This document shows positions 49,076-61,714 of a stretch of 64,000 nucleotides of DNA, in pieces. The notes beneath the pieces were generated by a model. That model saw nothing but the letters and a program-made list of their open reading frames with translations, was not told the DNA's origin and searched no databases. Origin of the DNA: Rhina ancylostomus (Eukaryota); NCBI GenBank assembly GCA_030265395.1, contig JARFYF010000055.1, positions 20,214,896-20,278,895 on the forward strand, written 5' to 3'. Position numbers and translations under genes: made by a program. Each line of letters starts with the position of its first letter. Positions within the stretch are counted from its first letter, which is position 1.

Positions 49076-49924
49076 ACACAAAAGCAGCTGCTGCTGATCT
49101 TCTCAAAGCAGTTAATAAATACCATCAGTAGGTGGGAAACATTAACTTTAGGACTTCCTTTTACAATGTAGATTAAATTATTAAAACTAACTCATGGTAG
49201 TAACTGGATACTGAATGAGTGCCTTATATTAAATACAAGTTGATTGGAACCTGGAGATTAAATTGGATGCCCTTTAATTAATACGAACTGTACTAGACTT
49301 TTGCATTTACCCAGATCATAATCTAAAATGCAGGAACTTAATTCTGTCTGGACTGCAGTACACTAAATTACTAGGACTCCCATCTCTTTTACCATGCAGT
49401 CTCCTTTTACATAATTTACATAAAAATCTTTTCCCTGGATCTCAGTATGGATTGTGACTATTAACCTAATTTCAGCCATAAACCAATGATTAATGAAATG
49501 AAGTGCTCAGTGCTNNNNNNNNNNNNNNNNNNNNNNNNNNNNNNNNNNNNNNNNNNNNNNNNNNNNNNNNNNNNNNNNNNNNNNNNNNNNNNNNNNNNNN
49601 NNNNNNNNNNNNNNATGAAGTGCTCAGTGCTGGACACCCTGCAAACTGCGGGATGGTTGATGCAAGGGGACAGTCAGGAGACAAAGAGACTGTGAAGTTC
49701 TTAAGAAGGTTAATGTAATCCAGGGAGTTCTCAATCCTGAGATGGGTTGTTTGGCAAGATTTTTCTTTAAAGGTTCTTAAACTAAGGAAGACGCAGTGGG
49801 GTGAAAATTAAACATATGTGAAACGATACATTCCATTCTGGAGCCCAGCAGGAATGTCAAGTGTTTCAGGAATGTTCACCACAAAACCCAAAATAAGCCA
49901 TCAAATGGCATTCATTGTAAAATA

Positions 49925-50086
49925 AGAAAGACTAGCATTTATATAGCACCTTTCATAACCTCGGGACAATGTAAAACATATTAAATCATGTATCGAAGTG
50001 TGGTCACTGTTCTAATGTAGGAAATACACAATCATTTTGTGCACAGCAGGCTGCCACCAATAGCAATGTGACAACGATCAGGTAAT
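49925..50086 (-). mobile_element. Deu-SINE 3' tail
   Basis: AGAAAGACTAGCATTTATATAGCACCTTTCATAACCTCGGGAC...GAAGTGTGGTCACTGTTCTAATGTAGGAAA...GTGCACAGCA. Confidence 0.8.
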
Positions 50087-50204
50087 GGCCTCGAAATGCA
50101 ATCGCTCGCTGTACTTTATCTCACAAACAATTCCAGATCATTTTTCATTACTTCGTAAATTCAACCCAGCACTTCTCCGCATGAGTCACATTTCTGCGCC
50201 TGAC

Positions 50205-50290
50205 CATATGAATGTATGAAATAGGAACAGGAATAGGCCACCTGGCTTCTCAAGCCTACTCCACCAGTCAATAAGATCATGTCTAATCAT
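50205..50290 (-). mobile_element. CR1 3' tail
   Basis: GAAATAGGAACAGGAATAGGCCA...TCAAGCCTACTCCACCAGTCAATAAGATCATG. Confidence 0.75.
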
Positions 50291-51520
50291 CGAGTTAGAT
50301 ACAAGAGCAGAGTGAAACACACGTCAAATAACATCATTCCACACATAAAGTTGCTATGGGAGTATTGCAAGTAAAATTAGCCCACATTGATCTGGGAAGC
50401 AGCTATTCATCGCTCCTAAGCAAACCAGGTGTAACGTGCTGCAGCAGATTGGAACACCGCGAATGCAACTTCCCATTATTTCCTATCTATTCCTTGGCCA
50501 CCCCCAATGGTACAGGCTGCCTGCCACTCCACTAATCTCACACCCACAATTACCTCTGACCTCAACTCCCGGATTGTCCCTGGAGCTGACCTTCAGGTCC
50601 CAGCTCTTCAATCACTGTGAGCCCAAACTGCCTGATTCCTTGATCACAAACTCAATTAAGGGAGGCCTCAATCTCCACTACCAACCCCACCCCCCANNNN
50701 NNNNNNNNNNNNNNNNNNNNNNNNNNNNNNNNNNNNNNNNNNNNNNNNNNNNNNNNNNNNNNNNNNNTTCCACAAAGAAAAAATAACTGTAGCACCAATT
50801 TATTGCATTCAAGAATTTAACAATGCATTACTATTCACCAACCTGTTTCACAAAGTGAATTAAGTTTGTTTTGAGAGCAAAGTAGGTAGAAGGTTTGTTG
50901 AAATATAAATTACTATTTCCTTGAGCAACATGTTAGTAAGAAAATTGGGGCTAGGAGGTACTGGAGGTAGATTTAGCCATAGCCCATTTGAAACAGAGAA
51001 CTTCAACATGTGGGAGCACAGGACCAATAGTGATTATACTTATATGGCAATATAATTATACTAGGTCACCTGAAGTAAAGTTGAGGAATATTGAACACCT
51101 GCAGCAGATTCTAAAGTGGCTGCATTTTCAAAGTTAGCAGATATTTGGAGCCAGATCATATGTTAGCTACAGCCATCAGTTACAATACCAACTCAGATGT
51201 AAACAAATGCCTTTAAAACGATCCTAATCTCCCTCAGAGACATTCAACAAAACTTCTGGATAAGAAGATATAGTCTCACCAAGCTAATGGAATTTTTGCG
51301 TCAGTTGTGGAAGAGGTGACGTATTCACATGAATGCACAGTTCCCTAGAAATTGAATCCGTGGAAATTAGCATCAATCAGACCACTGGCAGGACCATGGG
51401 AAAGCAGTCCACTGAATTTATTTGTACATCCCAGGGAGTTGCAGGTGCCAGCTCCAGTTTCACAGGCAGTTCACCTATCCTATCAGGCACCTAGCCAAAT
51501 CACCTCAGACACCACTGAAC

Positions 51521-52192
51521 AGGTCACAATTTAAAGCATGCTTTATTAACACATAGTTTCATAAGGAAGATTACATCACACTGAAAGTAGTTGTGAGGAG
51601 ACTCAGGTGATGGAACAGGAAGCAATTAGAAGGTGGATGGACAAGCAGAAGCCTTCTGCAAACTTGGATTTAAGTCGACCAGGGGAAGTAATAAAGGGGA
51701 AGCAATGATATGAAAATATATCTATCCACAGGCAGCCTCCAGCAAACCATTTAAGCACCATTAGTTCACACTGAGAATACATGTAGTAGTATATATGACA
51801 TATGGCACAGTCATTCACAAGTGAGTTTCACAAAAAAGCTTTCAAACTGGTTTAGGTCCCCTGTTTACAGTTGCAAAGGAACTTAAGCCGAGAAATTGGA
51901 TTAGAGAAAATCCATTTATGCCTCTGTTTTATGCATAAATGGTGGATAATATATGATGTTGGGCATGCTTGCAGTGTTTGCATATATTGCCTGGTGAAGT
52001 CCCACCAATTGTTGAAAGNNNNNNNNNNNNNNNNNNNNNNNNNNNNNNNNNNNNNNNNNNNNTAATAAAAATCATCAATATGTTCCCAGTACATTTTATC
52101 TGCTTAACAGCAGAGATTGGATCAAAAGGTCACAATTTACAGCCTGCTTTATTAACACACAGTTCAACAAGGAAGAGTACATCACTATGAAA
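51521..52192. repeat. Diverged direct-repeat pair (~66 bp; 51521-51586 and 52127-52192)
   Basis: AGGTCACAATTTA.AGC.TGCTTTATTAACACA.AGTT...AAGGAAGA.TACATCAC is present in both copies. Confidence 0.9.
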
Positions 52193-52984
52193 ATAGTGAA
52201 CCCTGCCTGATTTAAAGTGTCCCCTCAGGATACCAATTTTATATTATCCCTTGTAATTTTCATTTCCATACAACATTGTTGCCAGCAATCCTCAGTACAA
52301 AGCGAGACTTCTGTGAACTGATGAGTACATTCATAGATCCCTCACTCCGTGACTCAATGCTGCTTTTGATTGCAGGGTTTCAGGACCACCCACAACCGTG
52401 GGGCATGATTGCCCCAATCCATACTTGGAGGGGTGGTCTGCACAGGAAGATCCATACGTAGTTCTCCCCTTGCTCCGATGTTCCCCCTGCTGGCCCATAT
52501 TTTTCATTATACCAACCCCTTCCCCTTGCCCCCAAGACCTCATCTTCATGGTGGCCTCAGGCAATACCGTCCCTTTCCTATGGATCAATCAGTAAATGCC
52601 ATTGCTGCTACCTGCTTAGCAAGTGGCAAAGTGAAATGTGTGCAGTGAGTTTTAATGTCTCTTGAAGGGTTTGAATCATGACAAGACTTTCTTAAAGCAA
52701 GGAATTTTTTTTTTGGTGATATCCATTTTGGTTTTGGGGTTAAGCTTAACGCAGATCCAGTGCACCAAAAATGGGTGAAATTCAAATTCTAGGCTCTAAT
52801 ACCTGATTCAGGCATAGGCACTAGATGCCAATGAATAACTTTAAACAAATATGATGGTCAGCATACTTTCAGCATTCAACAAGTGGACACATACTGCCTG
52901 CCAGATTTTACACAATATGTTGCTCCATAAACTAGGATCAGAGACAGAGCTTGTGTTGAATAAGGAACTGGGTGCATTTTACAT

Positions 52985-53240
52985 GCAGAAGATTCTTATT
53001 AATGATTGGAGGTCTTCATGAGAACTGGACAGATTCACCATGTTCATCAGTGAGATCGATGATGATATTGGACAAACTGTTCTCAAGTTCATAGATGCTA
53101 CAAACACTTGTGTGATTGTCAAGACCAGAGATGAGAGAAATAAGTTACAAACAGATCTGTGAGCAACTGGAGATAAACTTAGCATTTTTCATGTAGGTAG
53201 AACTAATGCTATGAAAATGCAAATAATTCAAGATTTTAAA
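52985..53240 (+). mobile_element. Old CR1 RT core fragment
   Basis: FTMFISEIDDDIGQTVLKFIDATNTCVIVKTRDERNKLQTDL, compare F.IFINDLD...KFADDTK...LQ.DL. Confidence 0.7.
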
Positions 53241-53289
53241 CTTAAGAACAATGAAGGTTGTAATTGAATCCCTGAAGTCTCTCATGAGG

Positions 53290-53698
53290 TCTTTCATATC
53301 CCTTTCAAGGCATCCCACAGTGCTTTCCTACCAAAGAGGTGCCTTTGGTTTACTCACCAATCTAATAAAGGAAACAGAACAGTTAATTTTTGCACAGCAA
53401 TCCCTTACAGCAACAATAAGATAAAATCAGACAGCATGTTTTTTATAATGTAGATGGAGAGGTAAACATTAGCCAGGATACTAAGAATAACCTGCTACTA
53501 AAAACTGGTCTGGAATCTTTTGCATTCAGTTTCAATTTACACCTCACCCAAAAGACAGTGGCATCATCAATGCCATACTCTCTCAGTACTGGCTGGACTG
53601 ACATGCTGTACTTTTGTACTGTAGTCTCTGGAGTGAAGCCTGAAACAAAAATCTTCTGACTCAGAGGCAAGACAGCTGCCATCTGAATCATAGCAAAC
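53290..53698 (-). mobile_element. Near full-length Deu-domain SINE
   Basis: On the minus strand: tRNA-like head (revcomp of TCTTCTGACTCAGAGGCAAG), Deu core (CCCAAAAGACAG...CTCTCTCAGTACTG; ATTAGCCAGGA) and tail (TTTGCACAGCAA; CATCCCACAGTGCTTT). Confidence 0.75.
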
Positions 53699-53714
53699 CT
53701 ATGTGTTGTGATAC

Positions 53715-53998
53715 TCATAGAGTCATACAGCACGGAAATAGGCCCTTTAGGCCCTTCAGCCCCTCCATACACACGCCAACCATCTAGTATCCAATGTATA
53801 CTAATCCTATTTACCAACAATTGGTCAATGCCTTCTATCCCTTGGTAATTCAAGTGCTCAGCCAGATACTTTGTAAATGCAGAGAGAACACCTGCTTCCA
53901 CCACCTTCTCAGGAAGTGCATTCCAGATTCTTCTGAGTGAAAAAAAATTCTTCAAATCCCCTCAAACCCTCTTACTCCTCACCCTAAAGCTATGTGCC
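53715..53998 (-). mobile_element. CR1 LINE 3' end
   Basis: KNFFSLRRIWNALPEKVVEAGVLSAFTKYLAEHLN; CATAGAGTCATACAGCACGGAAATAGGCCC. Confidence 0.92.
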
Positions 53999-54179
53999 TG
54001 GCATAAACTCAATTTCTGGAATATATTGCCTTGTGCAAACCTCATCTTGGATACCGGGACTAGTTTTGGTCTCCTCATTTAAACGTCCCAGAAAAGAACT
54101 AAAGCAGGATAACAGACACTTAATTCAAAAGCCTATAGATAACACAGTAGGATTAGAATCTGGAACTTTGTTCTGTGAC

Positions 54180-54410
54180 AATGTAGACATCACTGAGGTT
54201 TGCTTGGAGTACTTAAAAGTGATGAAAAGGTCGGACTGTGCCCATGTGGAAAGGGGATGTTAGTTGGGTCAGTTAGGAAAGACCAAGGAACACGATCGGT
54301 TTTGGGAGATTATTTTACTTTTCCACAGAAAGTCACCAATCTGTGGAAGAAATTGCCAGCTTACACATTGAATGGAACTTCACAGAAGTCAAAAAGTAAT
54401 TGCATGTGTT
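54180..54410 (+). mobile_element. Old CR1 C-terminal fragment (likely continuation of 52985-53240)
   Basis: YFTFPQKVTNLWKKLP, compare FFTQRVVNLWNSLP. Confidence 0.55.
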
Positions 54411-57400
54411 TCTAACTGTAGCTGACACCACAGTGCACAGAACAAGCATATCTTCCAGTCAATGTGCTGCCCTTAAATTTGTTCTATCAGCCTCTGGAAC
54501 TGGACTGGAACTTCTGTGAGTGCTTTTTATTTGTCTCTATGTGCCATGGTTTTATTTCTCTTTTCGTTTCTGCTTAATGCCAATAAATTGCAAAGTCAGC
54601 TGATGAGGAATGGCATAGGAAGACAGTTTGAATCATGCGATGCACTGCAAGAGGCAGGCCTGATTATCCAGTTGCTTTTTTTTCCATATGCAATGTCTTT
54701 CTACGTTTTTTTTGTGACTGAATTTCAAAAGCAACAGAAATTGTTAATGCATGTCCCATACACACCCACATGNNNNNNNNNNNNNNNNNNNNNNNNNNNN
54801 NNNNNNNNNNNNNNNNNNNNNNNNNNNNNNNNNNNNNNNNNNNNNNNNNNNNNNNNNNNNNNNNNNNNNNNNATGTCCCATACCCACCCACATGAACATT
54901 GCTGAATTTGTGAATACTCCTGGGTTCAGTGGATGTAAATATGCTGGGTGATTGCCAAATGTGAATTGGTGCTGCAACCAGATCAAGAAAGTGTGGTTGT
55001 ACGCTGGTACAAGCCTTAAAAAAATACAGCTGTGCATACGCCTCCCAGTATCTTGACCTTCTGGCTGCTATGAAAAAGAACAGCCACATAGCCTCCAGCT
55101 TTCCTGCACTCTAGAAGGGGAAAAATAAACATTCCTGAAGTTCCTTACTAACCCTTCCAGCTCTGTTCAGGGGTACAACAATGTCTACTGTCCACTTTCT
55201 TTGCCTGCAGGTAGGGATCAACAACTCCAGACTTAGAAAGAAATTAATTGCTTGGACCTAAGTCTGGCAGGAGATTCTCACCAATGCCAGATATGGTGCA
55301 GGGTCAAGCATTAAGGGACCAACATCCGGCATTATAAGTGCTTGCTCCTTCCTCATTACCACAGAAACATAGAGACATGGACCCTTGGAATGAAGTTAAT
55401 CAGCTCCCTTCACTTATTGGCTTAAAGTAAAGTAACATCTGTGGGGAGAGAAACAGATTTAAAATGGGAAAAGTTAAGAATTTTTTTTAAGATGCCAAGA
55501 GTGGATCAAGGGAGNNNNNNNNNNNNNNNNNNNGATGCCAAGAGTGGATCAAGGGAGTAGAGAAAAGTTTTGCATGTACCACTGTTGCAACACCACTTTA
55601 TTTCAGATTTCCAACATCTGAATATTTTGCTCTTGAGCTAATCATGTTGTAGAAGTTATAGAAGTAGCGGACTAATTGCCTTCACTATCTGTTGCTCAGG
55701 TTTTACCTGTGCAACGTGCACCAAGCTCTGAGACACTTAAAATGTATATACTTTTGGAATCCTAGCCAGGTATTCCAATGACTGACGTTGTATGTGAACC
55801 CTAAGGAGTATACACAAAATTTGTCCACACATGTAGATTTAACACACAAGAAACTGGAAGTCACAAACTCAACTTTACCCAAAGGTTCTGAATAAACATT
55901 TTACAGCTTCCATTTTAAAATCTAATCAAACATTGTTATTTCCGCTTTCAGTTACCATGTCACCATGGGACAGAAGTTTATTGTTGGTCATTAGCATAAC
56001 CAGTTGGCCACATTGTACCTGCATTCTGACATTTGCTTACTCTGATGTGGAATTTCTGCCAATTGCTCCATGTTATAGCCCAAATATTTGTCACCTTTTT
56101 ATGCTGGGTACAAAATCAGAGGCATATTATTTACAAACTCCATTCACGTTTCATCAAATTTAGTTAGACAAAAGAGTGAAGTAGTATCAATTTATCCTAT
56201 CATTTCCTATATTTTGGCAACACCTAAAGGACATGAACTTAGGGCTAATTGTATGACTAGGGACACTCCAAGGGCAGCAGGGAAGGTGAGAAGGAAAACA
56301 GATGAATAGCAGAGGTGAAAGCTACACAAACTCATTGGGCAAATTCAAATATGGTATGTGAGACAGAATAGCTCAGAATAAGCAAGAAAAGCATTAATAT
56401 CAAAGGGTCTGCAATAAATAGGGTCACATTACTTAACATATTTTCCGGGTAGTTTATGACAAAACTGAAAAATGAGAACGCTCTTGTAAATAAAATGACT
56501 AACAGTTAAAATGGCTCCAATAGAGGTGGCAACGGCTGTCACCGTTCATCCATCCAATATGAAATCTAACCTACCCTTGAATATGTCAAAGGCTTTTATC
56601 TCCACTGCCTTACCTTTTGATTAAAGTGAATTTGCCTGACAGTACATTTGTTTTATTATAGACTAAATCTACCACAAAGAAGTAATGAATAATGGATTAA
56701 GTATATAATGGTGTATAAGATATTTAACTCTCGGTTTCAAAAATGCAAGATATTCAATGAGTCATTCAATTCTTTATAATTATTATAACACTATCATCGC
56801 TTTGGATTTTTAGTACACAATGCTTGAAGCATTAGTCAGATTTTTGACCTCTAACCACTATTGCCTGAAAAAAGAAGAAACTAAACTTATTTCTATAATT
56901 GTGATAAATTAGACTGAGAAGTATATGATTATCCTGTGCCAAAAGCTGGAATCAATGGATGTCCAAACAACACTGCAAGTCATCATTCACTTATAAGACA
57001 GAATCCAAGAACCATGGCTTCATATTGAGTAGGGAGGTGAGTAAAAAGGAGGATATATTTTTAACATTAGAAACTGCTCAGATGTCCGACAAGACAATTT
57101 GTACTATTAGGTTGTTTTTAGGGAAGAGTATATAGTTTGACTTGTTTATAAGCCCGGGATTTTTGGGATATCAGCCACGCTGTACAAATTCATGTTCATC
57201 TGTTCCTACTGCTACTACTTGGGTTCATGAATGTGATGGCAATCTTATCAACCGACTAATATTATTTGGCATGTGAGAAACTGGTTGATTGGTGTCAAAA
57301 GTTAGAAATTAGCACAATAATGTTAACCTTGATACCTGCAACCCTTGTCATGACAGTCACTGGTACAGAATATCATTGGCAGGCTCCTGAAAGGTGTCAG

Positions 57401-58309
57401 TACCATAAAAGGTGAGATCTCCTGTCATCACCACAGTTACTGGCAAGGCCATCATCACTGAAGATTGGCTCCAATTTTGCCCCTTAACTTTTATTAGGAG
57501 TCGACAATGGTATTAAGCAATCATTTCATGGATGTTAATTTTTAATAAGATCTAAACCACACCCTGCCAATTATTTTTATCCACGATCCTAATCCAGTAA
57601 TTTTGACTTTGCCCTACTTCTGAGATTGACACTTAAGAGTGCCCTGAATGAGCAAAAGTATTCAGGGTTTGACACAGAGAAAGCCCCATATTATGCAGAC
57701 CTGGCTTGATTGCTGCCCTTAATCAAAGCAGTTGGGTAAGGCAAATATCTGGGCGATTTTGAATCCTGTTAAAATAAGAACATTGGGCTACAACAAAAAC
57801 ATACAAAAATGAGAACAGAAGTTTCCTTTACTGAGAACCAAATAAAATAAGTTGGCAGCCCAGATTAGAATAGAATAGAGCCCCTATTGAACCATATTTT
57901 TTTTAAGATGTTGAGACATCTCATTAAGTTGTTTTTAATGAGGATTACAGATGAGGAATTGGTAGTGCAGCAATTCTTTACAAAGGCAATCTGCTGTGCT
58001 TTTTGAAAAGTAGATACCTGGGAGGAAATTACGGGGTGATAACACAATCACATGGTTCACATCATGTCATATTATCATGCTTCATAAATGACAATGTAAT
58101 ACTGCTGCCTTCACTCCTCGTTCTTTGTTATAATGTTCAATTACTAGTAGGTTTTTAACTATGTAGGGTTTTCTACAAATCAGCTCTTTCCTCCATGTAC
58201 TGGCTACATCTGTATTCACCATTCCCAGGTATGTTACCATTCCTATGTCCTGTAATGTCAAAATGGAGCAAGTGAATCATTAACCCATACTTTCTACTTG
58301 AGCTACAAC

Positions 58310-58441
58310 CCAGTTGGATTTGAACCAACTGGCTAAGTTTGATCTAATTTCAAAGCTCTGTTGTTATTTTTTGTGCACTACAATAGTCTTGGCAACAGTT
58401 GTATTGAGTTTGGGTTGAATGCAAATATTCAACCCAAGTTC
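58310..58441. repeat. Two short palindromes/hairpins
   Basis: CCAGTTGG/CCAACTGG (58310-58332) and TTGGGTTGAAT/ATTCAACCCAA (58410-58437). Confidence 0.85.
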
Positions 58442-58499
58442 CAAAACAGTGTTACCTGCCTGGCATCAGGTTGAAAACATTTCAAGACTAGAGAAAAAT

Positions 58500-59628
58500 T
58501 CGGACTAGGAGGGGAAGAATCCACTTGTTACTGTCCACGTGGAAACCAATGGCTTTGATAGGATAAAGAAGAAGGTTCTGCAAAAGGAATACAGGTAGCC
58601 CTGGCCCAAATTAAAAAGCAGAACTACAAATGTAATAATCCCTGGATTACTACCTGAACAAAATGCATATTTCCACAAGTGAAATAAGGTAAGAGAATTG
58701 AAAGCATGTCTCAAAGATTGGTGTAGGAGAAGTGTGGTTCAATTCATGGGTCACTGGGGAAAAGAAGGATCTGTTCCTTTGGGACAGGATTCACTGGAAT
58801 TAGGCTGGGTTGAACAGCCAACAGAATCAGCCATTGAGGAAAGAGTTCTGGTGAGGGGAAATTTAGAAAGGTGAGTAGAAATATAGGTACTGATAAACAG
58901 TCTGTCAGGAAGGAGAACATAAAAATGTAAGAATACACCTCTAATTACAAAACTGAAGGCTCTTTATCTGAATGCACACAGCATTCGTAACAAGCTAGGT
59001 AAACCATTAATGCCAAGAGAAATAAATGAGTACAATCTAATAGCCATTGGAGATGTGATTCCAACACGACCAAGGTTAAAAGTTAAATATTCCAGGATAG
59101 TTAACGTTCAGAAAAGATAGGCAAAATGAAAAAGGAGATGGGGTAGCCTTGAATTAAAGAATGGGATAAAGGCAATAGGGGAAAAGACACCTCACTCAAA
59201 ACAAAATCAAGAAGTAGAATCAGTTACGGTGGAGCTAAGGAAAAGAAAATGTTGACAGGAGTTGTAGCTGAGCTCCTCATTGAAATGTACAAACTTCTTA
59301 AGGGGTTGTCAGAACTGATACAGGGATAATAATTCCTTTAGCTGGAGTGTCCAGAACCAGGGGTCACAGTCTCAATGTACATGGTCAGGACAGAGATGTG
59401 AAGTAATTTGTTCACCTGGACCATGGTGAATCTTTGGAATTCTCTACCCAAGGGGAAGTGGAGGCTCATATATTCAAGACAGAAATCAAGATTTTTGGAT
59501 ATTAATTGAATCAAGGGATTTGGAGCGCAGAATGGTGGTAATCATGTCAAGGATCACCCATGCATGAACGGTGGAGCAGGCATCAAGGGCTGATTGGCCT
59601 ATTCCTAGTTTCCATTTCTTGTGTACTT
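58500..59628 (+). mobile_element. Internally deleted CR1 LINE: ORF1 esterase-like part, ORF2 EN start, and 3' end
   Basis: PLVTVHVETNG...VLQKEYR...KLKSRTTNVIIPGLLPE (ORF1 SGNH-like); LKALYLNAHSIRNKL and FRKDRQNEKGDGVAL (EN); abrupt jump at ~59270 to LIEMYKLLKG, SRTRGHSL, VNLWNSLP and the 3'UTR. Confidence 0.88.
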
Positions 59629-59885
59629 ATCTTCTTCCACATAAACCGGAAAATATGCAACAGCAGCAAATATTGGTTTTATGCTTGTTCACACACTCCA
59701 ATAATATTTAATTATGGGAGGACTTTAACATTATTTTTAAGTTCAATTACCTCACATATCTCAATGATAAAGCCATCATCCTTTCATAAATAGCTTCAAT
59801 AGTGTGTGTTGAGAAACGTGCTGGGCTGCAAGAGATTTCAATTTATCTAATTTATATTAAAAGCTTAAGATTTTAATAAGCTTAA

Positions 59886-60180
59886 GGCAGGCACAGTAGT
59901 GTAGCAGTTACTGTAACGCCTTACAGCACCAGCGACTTGGGCTCAGTTCCAGCCACTGTCTGTAAGAAGTTTGTACTTTCTCCCCGTGTCTGCATGGGTT
60001 TCCTCCATGTGCTCCAGTTTCCTCTCACATTCCAAAGACATACAGGTTAGGAAGTTATGGGCATGCTATGTTGACGCCAGGAGCAGGCGACACTTGCGGG
60101 CTGTCCCCATAATATTCCACGCAAAAAAAGATGCATTTCACTGTGTGTTTCAATGTACATGTGACTAATAAAGAAATCTT
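59886..60180 (+). mobile_element. Full-length V-SINE, second subfamily (non-CR1 tail)
   Basis: GGCAGGCACAGTAGTGTAGCAGTTA...V-domain...CATTTCACTGTGTGTTTCAATGTACATGTGACTAATAAAG. Confidence 0.92.
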
Positions 60181-61183
60181 AAGATCTGAAATGTAACTCT
60201 CAGCAAATGTGGGGATATGAGTATTTCTTTTTAAGTTCTGGTTTTGTTTCCTTTTTCTCCTGCTTTCCTGGTCATTTTCTGTGGCTCAGTTAGATAGATC
60301 TATTCTATTTTTGGAGATATATCGTTATACTTGTACAGTAGTCGCAAAGTTTGCTAAGTCAGAGAAAAACATTTTTGTTAATTTCACTTGGTCTATACGA
60401 CTGTCGAGATTCAAGGACACAGCGGGAAACTCATGGCTCTTGACTTCACTTAAGAAATTTGACCCCACTGCTCTTTTAGTAGTCAGCATTGACTCAATGG
60501 CTGCCTTCAATGCCGAATCAATTCTATGATTTTCTTTTATTCTGTTTTAACCTATTGTTTGAACCTTTATAAAGTATGTTGACAGGCTTTTTAGCTAAAT
60601 AGGCATCATAACCAAGGACCAACAACCACATATAAATACCTTCCAAAAGGACACAATGGATTGCAGAATAAACTTATGCTGATCTTTTTTTCTTCTAATT
60701 ATGGGGGAATTAATGGCAACTCTACTGTCTGAACCTCTGCCCAGGCAAATTTGTGGTCTTGTAGTATTTATGACTTATCCTACTGCAAGCAGTGCCTTTA
60801 TCCAGTAGACAATCAACTGAACTATATTTTCTTTATAGAATATAAAACCTGAGCCACAAGGAAACGTTCCCTGAAGTAAGCATCAAGACATCCAGCTGAG
60901 GAAGTGGAATACAAGTGTACTGAAGACCTTCTAGGACTATGCAATCTATTGACTGACAGCACTCAGTGTACAGTGGATGCCATAAGAGGTGTGCAAATGG
61001 GAGGAACATCAGAATGATCCTAAATGAAAGGTTGGTCTGAGGAAAGGATAAAATAAGTTCAGTTAATACCATGAACTCGCATAAAAATGTTAATAAAATC
61101 AGCAGCATATATAACTACACACCTATGGAAAACTACATTTTATTCAGATATACCAAAATGAACTTTTTCTCACAAGGAGCAGT

Positions 61184-61420
61184 TGTTACGAACCAGCAAC
61201 AAAAGAAACACCCCAAGACATGTATAAGTGTTAGAAACTACTTTATTAATAACTACTTATGATAATAAGAAAAATAAAAGTAAAAATGTTAGAATGTTAG
61301 AAGTAAAAATGNNNNNNNNNNNNNNNNNNNNNNNNNNNNNNNNNNNNNNNNNNNNNNNNNNNNNNNNNNNNNNNNNNNNNNNNNNNNNNNNNNNNNNNNN
61401 NNNNNNNNNNNGGCATTACA
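61184..61420 (-). mobile_element. Possible solo LTR collapsed across a gap
   Basis: Begins TGTTACGAACC, ends GCATTACA, and has TTTATT (minus-strand AATAAA) near the left end; no clean target-site duplication (CAGT vs ATGT). Confidence 0.5.
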
Positions 61421-61714
61421 ATGTAGTTGAGGAGGCTTGACTGGAAGATCTAGAATGTTGGGGGTTGGTGAACTTGTACTTCATGTGGCTTTGTGAATCA
61501 TTCCGTTTACTGCAGGAGAATGTAGCAGTACATGTTCCAGTGGGATAAATTCTTCACTTCAAGGCACAGTCCATACCATGGTGCATGCCAAGCACATCAG
61601 GCATACAGTGGGAGAACTTTGATGATGATCCACAAAACTAAACACTTGTACAACCATCAGTCATTGGTTTTACTCACTTTCGACCTCACCTTTCAATTCC
61701 TTTGAATTTAGTGG

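Noticed and set aside
53443-53955. 170-aa minus-strand ORF
   Set aside because: Chance read-through of a CR1 tail into an adjacent Deu-SINE.
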